Assembly: GCA_031409275.1 (NCBI GenBank)
Contig: JANNXA010000051.1
Coordinates: 96,001 to 160,000, forward strand
Reading direction: 5' to 3'
Origin: Planctomycetota bacterium
GTDB lineage: Bacteria; Planctomycetota; B15-G4; SIAN01
Length of the DNA: 64,000 nucleotides
Shown here: one piece after another, positions 17,890-29,322 of the stretch
Layout of the letters: the number at the start of each line of letters is the position of its first letter
How positions within the stretch are numbered: position 1 is the stretch's first letter
The notes under the pieces: generated by a model
The model's database searches: none
Told to the model about the DNA's origin: nothing
The model's input: only the letters and a program-made list of their open reading frames with translations
Translations under genes and position numbers: made by a program

Positions 17890-19998
17890 TCACTTCTTCG
17901 CGGGCTTTCCGGCTGGCTCGGTGGCGTTCGCGCTCCCCACCGTCTTCTGCCAGAAGGGGCTGTTCGCAGGCAGCGCCAGCAGCGCTTCGGGCCCCTTCTC
18001 CTTCACGTCGACGAACAGCCCGTACCACTCGCCGGTCTGCACGACGTTGTCGCTGCGCGTCGCCTTGGTGTAGCTGTCCTTGCCGCCGCCGAAGTCGAGC
18101 AGCGCGCCGATCGCCTGGAACGTGTGGTAGCTCGAATCGCCGCTGCCCCCCTGCGAATCGGCACCGCCACCGCCGCCGAAGCGATCGTCGCCGCCGCCAT
18201 CGAGCAGCACGGCGACGGCGGTGTTGGCGGTACCGCCGAGGGCGAGGCCACCGACGTCGTATTGATCGTCGCCCGCTTCGTCGATCAGCCAGCCGACCCC
18301 CTCGTCCCATGCAGCGCCGCAGTTGGCGGCGCACTGCGTGAGGTAGCGGTCATTGCCGCCCGCATCCCAGCGGATGCCGACCGCTTGATGGACGCCGAAA
18401 CCCTGGCTGTAGCGGAAGCCGTGATTCTCGTCGTCGCCGCCGCCGTCGAACATCAGGCCGAATCCGAAGTAGTAGGCGCCGCCCTGGCTGAAGTTGCCCG
18501 ACTCGTAGTAGTCCTTGCCGTTGCCGAAGTCGGCCAGCATCGCGAGTCCGCCGGCGAGCGGCTGCCCGTCGCGGAAACCGAAGCTGTAGCCCTGCGACGC
18601 GCCATGGAAGCTGCCCGGCCCCGAATCGCCGTAGACGTCTGGCCAGTGGCCATTCGCGACGTAGCGATCGTCGCCGCCGCCATCGACGAGCGCCGCGAAG
18701 CCGTTGCCGTCGCCCGCGCCTTGCGCATACGCCCACGCGTCGTAGCGATCGTTGCCGGCGCGATCGATCAGCACCCCGACGCCCGCGAACGAGTAGCCCT
18801 GCGCGTAGTCGTGCGCGACGTACTCATCGTCGCCGTCGAGATCGAGCAGCAGCGCGGTGCCGAAACACGCCGCCGCCTGGCCAAGACGCGCGCTCTCGTA
18901 ACGCTCCTTGCCCTTCGCGTCGACCAGCAACGCCACGCCGCAACTGGCGTAGGCGGGACCCGCCGCGCTCGTCGCGTAGCGCTCGTTGCCCGCAAGCTCG
19001 ATCACCACGCTCACGCGCTGCCCCTCGCCCTCGACCACCGCGGCGCGCTCCCAGGTGTCATCGCCGCCGAGGTCGATCACCAGCGCGGCGGCGCCGCTGA
19101 CGCTCGTCTTGCCGGGACCGAGCAGCACGACGCGTCCCTCGTCGCGGATGCCGACCGCGGCGATCACGTCGCCGCTGAAGCCGGGGAGCTTCTGCTTGGT
19201 GCGCGCCGTCTTCGCCAGGCGACGGCCAAGCGTCGCCACGAAGGCGGGATCGCCGAGGCGCGCGACGCGTTCGCTCACCGCGAGCAGTCGTGCCCGATCG
19301 AGTTTCCACGCCAACGCCTTGAAGCGTTCGAGCGTCGCGTTCTGCTCCGGCGACACCACGGGCTTGGGCGAGTGGCATTGGAAGAAGGCCTCGCACCATT
19401 GCGGGAACGCGGAGGCCGCGAGAGTCCGCTCCTCCGCGCTCACGCCCGGCAGGAGCGCGTCGAGCGAGTCGTGGCAGGTCGCAAGGTAACTCGACAACAG
19501 TTCGAGCAGCTCTTCGTTCTCGACCGCACCGCCATCGCGCGCAACGCCTCCAACCGGCGGCGCGATCTGCAACCAGAGCGCATCGAGGTCCGCGAGCGTC
19601 GTGCGGAACGGATCGGCGGCCTCGACCGGCAACGGCGGCACGTCGAGCCAACCGCCGATCTGCAACAGGAAGCTCGACAACGCGACGCCGCCGCTCTTCG
19701 GCAACGCGGCGCTCGCCCCATCGCGCAACTGTGCGGCGACGCCGGGCGCGCTCCACGGCTGCGTCAACGCCTCCACCACCATCGGCAACCGCGTTCGTCC
19801 CAGCACCCGTTCGCTGGCGCGCACCATCGCCGCGAGGTGGGCGGCGACGCCGGCGAACTCCTTCTCGAAACCGCGCGCGGCCGCGATCCGCTCGAGGAGT
19901 TGCCACGCCGGCGGCTTGACGACCGTCGGCGCCTCCTCCGCAACCGCGCACGGCAGGGCGAAAAAGGCAGCGAGCAGCGCAGCAGGTTCGATGGCCAT
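17890..19998 (-). CDS. Secreted hypothetical protein with many Gly/Asp-rich D-x-x-G-[DN]-D-x-Y repeats
   Basis: Signal peptide; about 10 repeats such as DLGGDDTW, DLDGDDEY, DRAGNDRY, DGGGDDRY, DAGGNDRY, DEAGDDQY. Confidence 0.75.
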   Translation of the reverse strand: MAIEPAALLAAFFALPCAVAEEAPTVVKPPAWQLLERIAAARGFEKEFAGVAAHLAAMVRASERVLGRTRLPMVVEALTQPWSAPGVAAQLRDGASAALPKSGGVALSSFLLQIGGWLDVPPLPVEAADPFRTTLADLDALWLQIAPPVGGVARDGGAVENEELLELLSSYLATCHDSLDALLPGVSAEERTLAASAFPQWCEAFFQCHSPKPVVSPEQNATLERFKALAWKLDRARLLAVSERVARLGDPAFVATLGRRLAKTARTKQKLPGFSGDVIAAVGIRDEGRVVLLGPGKTSVSGAAALVIDLGGDDTWERAAVVEGEGQRVSVVIELAGNERYATSAAGPAYASCGVALLVDAKGKERYESARLGQAAACFGTALLLDLDGDDEYVAHDYAQGYSFAGVGVLIDRAGNDRYDAWAYAQGAGDGNGFAALVDGGGDDRYVANGHWPDVYGDSGPGSFHGASQGYSFGFRDGQPLAGGLAMLADFGNGKDYYESGNFSQGGAYYFGFGLMFDGGGDDENHGFRYSQGFGVHQAVGIRWDAGGNDRYLTQCAANCGAAWDEGVGWLIDEAGDDQYDVGGLALGGTANTAVAVLLDGGGDDRFGGGGGADSQGGSGDSSYHTFQAIGALLDFGGGKDSYTKATRSDNVVQTGEWYGLFVDVKEKGPEALLALPANSPFWQKTVGSANATEPAGKPAKK

Positions 19999-20090
19999 GG
20001 CGCGATCGTAGGCCGGGGCGTCGCGAACCGGCGCGGCGCGCTTCGCTATCCTTCCGCGCCTCGCATGACGGCTGCCGGCTGTCGTGCGCA

Positions 20091-21843
<1,753 letters not shown>

Positions 21844-21880
21844 AAGCGCGTCGCAACGCGTCACCTCGTCGCTTCTCCGC

Positions 21881-21911
21881 CACCGCGCGCGTCGCAATGA
21901 CGCGTGCGGTG
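21881..21911 (+). terminator. GC-rich hairpin after thiC (possible terminator or activator site)
   Basis: CACCGCGCGCGTC-GCAAT-GACGCGTGCGGTG, 13-bp stem with one G-U; no U-tract. Confidence 0.4.
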
Positions 21912-21944
21912 CGGTCGATCGCCCATGCGGTCGGCGGGTGGTGA

Positions 21945-21960
21945 TGGCACGAAGCGTGCA
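21945..21960 (+). promoter_or_regulatory. Putative sigma54 (-24/-12) promoter for hsp20
   Basis: TGGCACGAAGCGTGCA versus consensus TGGCACG-N4-TTGCW, correct GG-N10-GC spacing, 50 bp before the ATG. Confidence 0.65.
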
Positions 21961-22010
21961 TTGCTCCTCACGCCGCCCGCGAGTGCGCGCGGCTCGGAGG
22001 AGTTGAACCC

Positions 22011-22487
22011 ATGGATTGCATGATTCCGTTCCGTCGGCGCGCGCCAGGTTCCTCGACCGCCGCGCTTGCCCGCAGCCCGAATTCGCTGCTCGATCGACTG
22101 ATCAGCGACCATTTCGGCGACTCGTGGTTTGTGGTCCCCAACGGCCCACAGGAGTCGAACTGGCTGCCGGCCGTCGAGCTCGAGGAGACCGAGGCGCAGA
22201 TCACCGTTCACGTCGAGCTGCCTGGCATCGACGCGAAGGAGGTCGACCTCCAGCTGCACGATGACGTGCTGGTGATCTCGGGCAAGAAAGAGACTCGATC
22301 CAAGGGTTCGCAGGGGGGCCGAACCTGGTCGGAGCGCCGCTTCGGCTCGTTCCGGCGCGAGCTCGAGTTGCCCGCGACGGTGGCCGCGGACAGCGTGCGC
22401 GCGACCTGCGAGAAGGGAGTGCTCACCATCACCATGCAGAAGTCGAAGAGCGCCGGCGGTCGCAAGATCGCCGTCGAAAGCAAGTAG
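22011..22487 (+). CDS. Hsp20/alpha-crystallin small heat shock protein
   Basis: PAVELEET...VELPGIDAKEVDL...ERRFGSFRRELELP...GVLTITMQK; GGAGGAG SD upstream. Confidence 0.95.
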   Translation: MDCMIPFRRRAPGSSTAALARSPNSLLDRLISDHFGDSWFVVPNGPQESNWLPAVELEETEAQITVHVELPGIDAKEVDLQLHDDVLVISGKKETRSKGSQGGRTWSERRFGSFRRELELPATVAADSVRATCEKGVLTITMQKSKSAGGRKIAVESK

Positions 22488-22526
22488 GCGGCATCGATCC
22501 GGCACCGATCCGGCGCCGATCCGATC

Positions 22527-22563
22527 ACGCGGGTGCCGCTCCCCTTCGGAGCGGTGCCCGCGT
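22527..22563 (+). terminator. 16-bp stem-loop downstream of hsp20
   Basis: ACGCGGGTGCCGCTCC-CCTTC-GGAGCGGTGCCCGCGT (two G-U pairs); no U-tract. Confidence 0.45.
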
Positions 22564-22676
22564 CCGTTGCCAGGGTGGTCGCTGCGGGCTAGGAACGTGA
22601 GCGCGTCGCTTGCCCGAAAGTCCGGAGCCGTCGCGCGTCGATCGCAAGGACGTGCCGCTCGAAGCGAAGGACCACG

Positions 22677-24623
22677 GTGCATCTCCTCCCTGTGCTCTGG
22701 ATTGCATGGCTGACCGCCGCCGCCCCTCCACCGGCGGTCGCCGCGGCACCATGGCCGGTCGTGCAGGAGGACGAGGTGGCGCGCTTGCAGGCGCTCGCCG
22801 CGATTCCTGACACCGACGAGGCGGCGCGAGCGCGGGCACGCCTCGTCAGCATCGCGCTCGGCGCCGACGCACCGCTGGCCGACTCCGCCGTCGAGGCGCT
22901 CGGCGCCTTCGGCGGACACGCGGATCGAGCGCTCGACGAAGTGGTCCGGCTCGGCGTCGCGCTGTCGGCACGCCAGCGCGCACTCGAGATCCGCCTGGCA
23001 CGGCGCGCGCCGGCGCAGGCCGCCGGGTTCGCGCGCCTCGCCGGTCTCGATCTGCCGGTCGTGCTGCGCCTGCTGGCGCTCGACGGCATCGGAACTTCGC
23101 CCGACGGGCTCGCCGCCATCGAACCGCTGCTGCGCTCCAACGAACCGCGGCTGCAGACGCGTGTGCTGCGCATGCTGACCGCGGCACGCGCCCCGGCGGC
23201 CTTCTCGTTCGCGCACAGCGTGTTGACGCCCGAGTCGCGCCAGCCCGTGCAATTGCAGGTCGCCGCGATCGATGCGCTGCGCGAAGAGCGTTCGCGTCCG
23301 GCGATCGAGCGACTGCTCGACACGGCCGCGCAGCAGACGGGCGAGGTCCGCGAGTTCGCCTTCAAATCGCTGCTGGTCATGGAGCGCGGCGCCGTCGTGC
23401 TGACGCTGCTGCCGATGCTCGCGCCGCTGGCACCGACGCCGCGCACCCTGGTCGCGATCGAGGCGATCGCCCGCTTCGACCTGACCGACCTCCCGGAGCT
23501 GCGCTCCGCCCTGCGCGGGACGCTCGCCCACTCCGATGCCGAGGTCCGCGCGGCGGCGCTCGGCGCGCTGGCCGCCGCCAGCGATCGCGAAGCGCTGCCG
23601 CTGCTCGAACGGGCGACCCTCGATCCCGACCCGCTCGTCGCGGTGGCGGCGATCGAGGCCGTCTCGCGCCTGCGCAGAGGCGAGCCGGCCTGGCAGCAGC
23701 GGCTGTTGCAGCTGGCGCGCGCACGCATGCCGTTGCAGCGGATCGCCGCCGCGCAGGCACTCGCCGATGGCGCCGACCCGACCACCGAGGCGGTGCAACT
23801 GCAGCTGCTGGCCGACGACCAGTGGCGCGTGCGCGAGCAGGCGGCGCGAGGGCTCGGCGAACTGCGCAGCGTCATGGCGGTCGGACCGCTGATCGAGTTG
23901 GTGGCGAGCGAGCGCCGGCGCGTTCGCCTCGTCGCCGCCGCGGCGTTGCGCCGCATCTCCGGAATGCCGTTTCGCGATCTGGCCAGCGATTGGCGCCGCT
24001 GGTGGAGCGACCACTCCACCGGCTTCGTCGCGCCGCCGCTGGAACAGGTCACCGCCATGGAGGTGCGCCTCGCCACCAACCGCGCGCAAGCGACGACGCG
24101 CGCGAGCTTCTACGGCGTGCCCATCGAGTCCGACCACCTCACGCTGGTGATCGACGTTTCGGGAAGCATGGCCGCGCCCGACGGCACCGCCGAACGCACC
24201 CGGCTCGACGTTGCCAACGACGAAGTGAATCAGCTCACGCGTCAGCTCGAACCGGGCGCTGCGCTCAACCTTGTGTTCTTCGCCGACAGCGTGCGCAAGT
24301 GGAAGCCGCGCTTGTGCCGCGTCGACCGCTCGACCGCGGCGCAGGTCGACGCCTTCGCGCGAATGCAGCGTGCCGGCGGCGCGACCAACCTCTTCGATGC
24401 CCTGATGGCAGCGCTCGACGACCCCGAAGTCGACACGATCTACCTGCTCTCCGATGGCGCCCCGACGGCCGGTCGCATGGTCGATCCCGCCCTGCTGCGC
24501 GCGGAGGTGCGCCACCGCAACGTCGGGGGGCGCGTGCGCATCCATGCCGTCTCGATCGGAGGAGCGAGCCCGCTGCTGCGCCACCTGGCCGCCGACTCGG
24601 GCGGAAGCTACGTCGACCGCTGA
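22677..24623 (+). CDS. HEAT-repeat and VWA domain protein
   Basis: HEAT repeats (DAEVRAAALGAL, DDQWRVREQAARGLG); VWA MIDAS DVSGS, GGATN, LLSDGAP. Confidence 0.88.
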   Translation: MHLLPVLWIAWLTAAAPPPAVAAAPWPVVQEDEVARLQALAAIPDTDEAARARARLVSIALGADAPLADSAVEALGAFGGHADRALDEVVRLGVALSARQRALEIRLARRAPAQAAGFARLAGLDLPVVLRLLALDGIGTSPDGLAAIEPLLRSNEPRLQTRVLRMLTAARAPAAFSFAHSVLTPESRQPVQLQVAAIDALREERSRPAIERLLDTAAQQTGEVREFAFKSLLVMERGAVVLTLLPMLAPLAPTPRTLVAIEAIARFDLTDLPELRSALRGTLAHSDAEVRAAALGALAAASDREALPLLERATLDPDPLVAVAAIEAVSRLRRGEPAWQQRLLQLARARMPLQRIAAAQALADGADPTTEAVQLQLLADDQWRVREQAARGLGELRSVMAVGPLIELVASERRRVRLVAAAALRRISGMPFRDLASDWRRWWSDHSTGFVAPPLEQVTAMEVRLATNRAQATTRASFYGVPIESDHLTLVIDVSGSMAAPDGTAERTRLDVANDEVNQLTRQLEPGAALNLVFFADSVRKWKPRLCRVDRSTAAQVDAFARMQRAGGATNLFDALMAALDDPEVDTIYLLSDGAPTAGRMVDPALLRAEVRHRNVGGRVRIHAVSIGGASPLLRHLAADSGGSYVDR

Positions 24624-24671
24624 TCGGCCGCCGCGTTCAGCCGCGAGCGCCGTGCGGTCGATGTCGACTGC

Positions 24672-25751
24672 ATGGACCTCCCCCCGCGCGAACTGACCTC
24701 TCGCTCACCGCCGTCGAAGCGGCCGCTGCTGGTGCCCGCGCTCGTCGTCGGCGCCATCGGCTTGCTGGCACTCTCCGCGGTGATCGACTGGCCCAAGAGC
24801 GAGCCACAGGCGCGCCGCCAATTGACGCTGCGAGCCGCGGAGCTCGAAGCGTGGCTTCGCCAGGAGCTCCTCGTTCCGCAAGATCGGGTCGCGCTGTGCG
24901 AGCCCGGCGGCGCGCCGGAGTCGGCCCCCGCATGGCAGGCGCTCTTCGCGGAACTCGAAACGGTCGCGCGCGCCGGTTCGCCGCAGTTCGCGCTGCCGAG
25001 CCTTGTCGACTCGATCGAGCTTGCCGCGCACGTCGATGCCGCGCTTGGCGCGCGTCGCTTCACCCCCTTCGGGTCGCTCGACGCGTTGCTCGATGATGAA
25101 TGGCCGCGCCGCGCACGGCTGCTCGCGACGTTGATCGAGCGGACGCAGGCGCCTGCGGACGGGTCGCTGGTGCGCTGGCTCGACGTCGCGCTGGTCTTCG
25201 CCGCTGACCTTCGGGCCACCGGCCTGCTGGCGCCAGCGCTCCACGCCGCCCGGCTGAACGACGTCGTCGAGCGCCGACTGCTGCGCCGCGACGACCCGCT
25301 CGACCCGTTGGCGCTGGCGACGCTGCACGACCATGCGCTCGCCGCGCGCGCGACGCTGCCGCCCTCGAGCCTGCTCGCCGAGCGCGAGCAGCGCCTGCTG
25401 CAGTCTTCGATCTGCATGCTCGCCGACATCCCGCCGTTCCAGTCCGCGCATGAGCGGCTGGCTCCGCAGGAGAGTTGGCCACTCGTTGCCGCCGCCTTCG
25501 CAGTCGAGCGACTCGAGGGTTACGACGATCAGCTCGCGCTGCTCCTCGCCGTTCCGCCGAGCGAGCATGCGCGTGCGAACTACGAGAAGTTCTCGGAACG
25601 ACTCTGCGAAGAGGTCCCGCAACTGGCGCCCTTGCTCGCCGACAGCGGGATCACGACGCCGCTTCGCGGCGAAGCGCAACGCCTCGAACGGATCGCTCAC
25701 CTGGCGGCGGCACGCTCGCCCGGAATTGATCCGAGCGGCAGGCGCCAGTAG
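24672..25751 (+). CDS. Hypothetical membrane-anchored protein
   Basis: 359-aa ORF with one N-terminal hydrophobic helix, filling the gap between co-oriented genes. Confidence 0.6.
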   Translation: MDLPPRELTSRSPPSKRPLLVPALVVGAIGLLALSAVIDWPKSEPQARRQLTLRAAELEAWLRQELLVPQDRVALCEPGGAPESAPAWQALFAELETVARAGSPQFALPSLVDSIELAAHVDAALGARRFTPFGSLDALLDDEWPRRARLLATLIERTQAPADGSLVRWLDVALVFAADLRATGLLAPALHAARLNDVVERRLLRRDDPLDPLALATLHDHALAARATLPPSSLLAEREQRLLQSSICMLADIPPFQSAHERLAPQESWPLVAAAFAVERLEGYDDQLALLLAVPPSEHARANYEKFSERLCEEVPQLAPLLADSGITTPLRGEAQRLERIAHLAAARSPGIDPSGRRQ

Positions 25752-25784
25752 CGTCCGCGGCTTTCCCCACCGGGATCGCCCGCC

Positions 25785-27452
25785 ATGAGCCAGGTCCGCA
25801 ACGTGCTCGCGACCGCCCTCGATCGCGACAGTGCGCGCTACGTCGAGCAGCGCGCGGCGATGGACCGTCTGCTGCTGGCGCTGCGCGCCGACGAGCGGCG
25901 CATCGCCCAGGGCGGCGGCGCGAAGGCGATCGACAAGCAGCACGAGAAGGGGCGCCTCACCGCGCGCGAGCGGATCGAGCGGCTGATCGATCCGGGCAGC
26001 TCCTTCTTCGAGCTCTCGATCTTCGCGGCACACGGGATGTACGAGGAGTGGGGCACGCCGGCCGCCGCGGGCGTCGTGACCGGCGTCGCGCAGGTCGCCG
26101 GACGCCGGTTCATGGTGGTGGCCAACGACGCCACCGTGAAGGCGGGAGCCTTCTTCCCGATGACCTGCAAGAAGGTGCTGCGCGCGCAGCGCATCGCGCT
26201 CGACAACCACCTGCCGGTGATCTACCTGGTCGACTCCGCGGGCGTCTTCCTGCCGCTGCAGGACGAGGTCTTCCCGGACGAGGACGACTTCGGCCGCGTG
26301 TTCCGCAACAACGCCGTCCTCTCTGCGCAGGGGACGCCGCAGCTCGCGGCGATCATGGGGATGTGCGTCGCCGGTGGCGCCTACCTGCCCGTGATGTGCG
26401 ACACGCTGCTGATGACGGAAGGGTCGGGGCTCTTCCTCGCCGGGCCGTCGCTCGTGAAGGCCGCGATCGGTCAGCAGGTCGGCGCGGAGGAGCTCGGCGG
26501 CGCGTCGATGCATGCCGAGATCTCCGGCACGGTCGACTTCAAGGAGAAGGACGACGACGCCTGCCTTGCGCGCGTCCGCTCGATCGTCGAGCGGATGGGG
26601 CCGCGCCCTGGCGCCCCCTTCGACCGCGTCGCCGCGCGGCCGCCGCTGTTCGATCCCGCCGAGCTCGGCGGAATCGTGTCGGTCGACGGCGGCAAGGAGT
26701 ACGACATCCACGAGGTGATTGCGCGCCTCGTCGACGGCAGCGAGTTCGACGAGTACCGCAAGGACTACGGGCCGACGCTCGTCTGCGGTTTCGCGCGCAT
26801 CGGCGGCTTCGCCGTCGGCATCGTCGCCAACCAGAAGCAGCACCAACGGCGCGCCGGCCATCCCATCGAGTTCGGCGGCGTGATCTACAAGGAGTGCGCC
26901 GAGAAGGCCGCCCGCTTCATGCTCGACTGCGGCCAGAACCGCATTCCGCTGGTCTTCCTGCACGACGTGAACGGCTTCATGGTCGGCCGCGACTCGGAGC
27001 GCGGCGGCATCATCCGCGCCGGCGCCAAGATGGTGAACGCGGTCAGCAACGTGCCCGTGCCCAAGATCGCCGTCATCCTCGGCGGCAGCTTCGGCGCCGG
27101 CCACTACGCGATGTGCGGCAAGGCGTACGACCCGCGCTTCCTCTTCGCGTGGCCGAGCGCGCGCTACGCCGTGATGGGCGGAGCACAGGCCGCCGGCACG
27201 CTCGTCGACGTCCGCGTCGCCCAACTCGAGAAGAGCGGCAAGAAGCTGACCGCCGAGGAGATCGCGGCGCTGCGCAAGGACACCGAAGCGCGCTACGCGA
27301 CGGCGCTCGATCCTCGCTACGCCGCCGCCCGCCTCTGGTGCGACAAGATTCTCGAGCCCGAACAGACCCGCGATGCCTTGATCGTCGCGCTCGAAGTCGC
27401 CGCCCTCAACCCCGAGCTCCCGCCGCTGCGGACGGGCGTCTACCCGTCGTAA
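25785..27452 (+). CDS. Acyl-CoA carboxylase beta subunit (methylcrotonyl-CoA carboxylase beta-like)
   Basis: GRLTARERI, ANDATVKAGA, YLVDSAG...QDEVFPD, CVAGGAY, GGSFGAGHYAMCGKAY. Confidence 0.92.
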   Translation: MSQVRNVLATALDRDSARYVEQRAAMDRLLLALRADERRIAQGGGAKAIDKQHEKGRLTARERIERLIDPGSSFFELSIFAAHGMYEEWGTPAAAGVVTGVAQVAGRRFMVVANDATVKAGAFFPMTCKKVLRAQRIALDNHLPVIYLVDSAGVFLPLQDEVFPDEDDFGRVFRNNAVLSAQGTPQLAAIMGMCVAGGAYLPVMCDTLLMTEGSGLFLAGPSLVKAAIGQQVGAEELGGASMHAEISGTVDFKEKDDDACLARVRSIVERMGPRPGAPFDRVAARPPLFDPAELGGIVSVDGGKEYDIHEVIARLVDGSEFDEYRKDYGPTLVCGFARIGGFAVGIVANQKQHQRRAGHPIEFGGVIYKECAEKAARFMLDCGQNRIPLVFLHDVNGFMVGRDSERGGIIRAGAKMVNAVSNVPVPKIAVILGGSFGAGHYAMCGKAYDPRFLFAWPSARYAVMGGAQAAGTLVDVRVAQLEKSGKKLTAEEIAALRKDTEARYATALDPRYAAARLWCDKILEPEQTRDALIVALEVAALNPELPPLRTGVYPS

Positions 27453-27485
27453 CCCGCTCGATTCACGCGCGACGGCGCGGAGTCG

Positions 27486-29306
27486 CTACTTCACGTAGCC
27501 GAGCTCGCGCAGCTTCTCGAGCCCTTCCTGCTGGAGCGAGGAGACGGCCGCGCTCGTTGACGCGCTCGGGCGAACCGGCGCGATGTACGGGCCGAACGAA
27601 TCGATGCGCGGCGGAATCGTCGCGCGGCACTCCGGCGTGAGCGCGGCGAGGAACGGCGTGCCGTCCTGCGTCGATGCGGTCGGCAATCCCAGCAGCGCTT
27701 GCACGGTCGGCGCGATGTCCTCGAGGCGCGGACGTTCCGTCAACGCAACGCCGCGCGCGAGGCCGGCGCCCCAGGCGAGGAAGACGCCGTCCGGGCCATG
27801 CTCGTGGGCGAGTTGCGGGCCCTCCACATACTCCCAACCGTGGTCGGAGACGATCACCACGCTGGTGCGGTCATCCGCCTGCTGCAGGAGCTGGCCCAGC
27901 ATGCGATCGGTGTACTCGTACCAGCGCTGCACCACCTCGATGCGGCGATGGCTGCGGTGGCTCAGGTTGTCGATGCCGGAAACGAAGAGCGCCAGCAGAT
28001 CGAGCGAGTCGTTCTCCAGCAGGTGCGCCGCCGAAGCGAAGACGAACTGGTCAGTGAGCTGCACGGTGCGAAACGCCTGGAAGAACTTGCCGCGGGTCGC
28101 CACCCAGCGCGCTCGCTCTTCGTCGGTCAGATCCTGGAAGAAGGGCTGCGCGACGATCGCCTCGCGCTCCTCGCCAGGATCGTGCTGCTCGAGCTGCATC
28201 AGCTCGTCGAGCAGCGACTCGGGATAGGTGAAGCCCGAGCTCCCTTCGATGGCGCCGCCGAACTTGCGCTCGAGGTAGGAGGCACGCGAAGGATTGTTGT
28301 CGGAGACGAGGTAGCCGTTCACCAACTCGGCGGGCCAGCTCGCGTACCAGTTGAGCGCCGCCACGCGCCGCCCACGCTCGCCGGCGAGGTTCCACAACGC
28401 GGGCTTGCGCCGCTGGCACGAGGTGACTGGCACCTCGTGGAGCAGGCCGAAGCGGAACGCGACCTCCACCAGCTCACGGACGCCGCCATGGTCGGGGAGC
28501 AACGCCTCCTTTCGCAACCGCTGCACTCCGCGCGAGAGGCCGGGAACGCTCGCTTCGGTGAAGTCGAGCACGCCGTGCGCCTCGGGTCGGCAGCCGGTCG
28601 ACACCGTGTTCCAGAGGCGCGGCGACCAGGTCGGCAACAGCGTCCGCAGGGGCGCCCGCACCCCCTCGTTCACCAGCTTCCGGAACGTGGGCAGCCGGCC
28701 TTCCGACATCAGCAGATCGAGCTGACGCCAGTCGGCGCCGTCGAGCCCGATCAGCAGCACGCGGCGCGGTGCGGCGCCCGGCTCGAAGGAGGCCGCCGGT
28801 GGATCGACCGCGATCCGCGCCGCGAGCGGCGTCACCACCGCGAAGCCCAACGCCACGGACACTGCCAGCACTCGCAACGCGACGCTGCCGGCGAAACGGC
28901 GGGCATAGGCGCTGCCGAACGCGGCGACCACGACGATCGCCACGACCACGGCAAGCGCCGTCGCCCGCAGGCGCGACGTCCCCGCGGCGACGAGCAGGCC
29001 CTGGCCTGCGCCTGCGAAGGCCAGGAACAGCACGCCGTGCGCGATCCCGGAGGTGAAGGGGGCGCGTGCGGCGGGGTCGTTCGGGGCGCGGCGCGCCTTC
29101 GTCGTGACGCGGCGCAAGAGCGCGCTCGCGGCCCCGGCGAGCAGCGTCGCGCTGCCATAGATCGCCATGAGCCACGCCACGAGGACGAGCCCGTCGCGCA
29201 CACCGACGATCGAGCCGTTCACACGCACCAGCGTCCACGCGGCCGCGGCCCCCGCCGCCGATCCCGCGAGCGAGGTTCCGGCCGCGCGCTTCAGCGTCGC
29301 GCCCAT
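27486..29306 (-). CDS. Membrane-anchored alkaline phosphatase superfamily (phosphodiesterase/nucleotide pyrophosphatase) protein
   Basis: TM N-terminus; VLLIGLDGADW, PTWSPRLWNTVSTG, IVSDHG, DIAPT, C-terminal LRELGY. Confidence 0.85.
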   Translation of the reverse strand: MGATLKRAAGTSLAGSAAGAAAAWTLVRVNGSIVGVRDGLVLVAWLMAIYGSATLLAGAASALLRRVTTKARRAPNDPAARAPFTSGIAHGVLFLAFAGAGQGLLVAAGTSRLRATALAVVVAIVVVAAFGSAYARRFAGSVALRVLAVSVALGFAVVTPLAARIAVDPPAASFEPGAAPRRVLLIGLDGADWRQLDLLMSEGRLPTFRKLVNEGVRAPLRTLLPTWSPRLWNTVSTGCRPEAHGVLDFTEASVPGLSRGVQRLRKEALLPDHGGVRELVEVAFRFGLLHEVPVTSCQRRKPALWNLAGERGRRVAALNWYASWPAELVNGYLVSDNNPSRASYLERKFGGAIEGSSGFTYPESLLDELMQLEQHDPGEEREAIVAQPFFQDLTDEERARWVATRGKFFQAFRTVQLTDQFVFASAAHLLENDSLDLLALFVSGIDNLSHRSHRRIEVVQRWYEYTDRMLGQLLQQADDRTSVVIVSDHGWEYVEGPQLAHEHGPDGVFLAWGAGLARGVALTERPRLEDIAPTVQALLGLPTASTQDGTPFLAALTPECRATIPPRIDSFGPYIAPVRPSASTSAAVSSLQQEGLEKLRELGYVK

Positions 29307-29322
29307 CGTCCGTGCCGCGCGC

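Noticed and set aside
17890..19998. RTX toxin / type I secretion substrate
   Set aside because: Repeats are longer than GGxGxDxLx nonapeptides, the protein has an N-terminal signal peptide, and no T1SS genes are nearby.
22491..22523. CRISPR array or tRNA in intergenic repeats
   Set aside because: Repeats are 11 bp with no spacers; no cas genes or cloverleaf/T-loop motifs were seen in any intergenic region.
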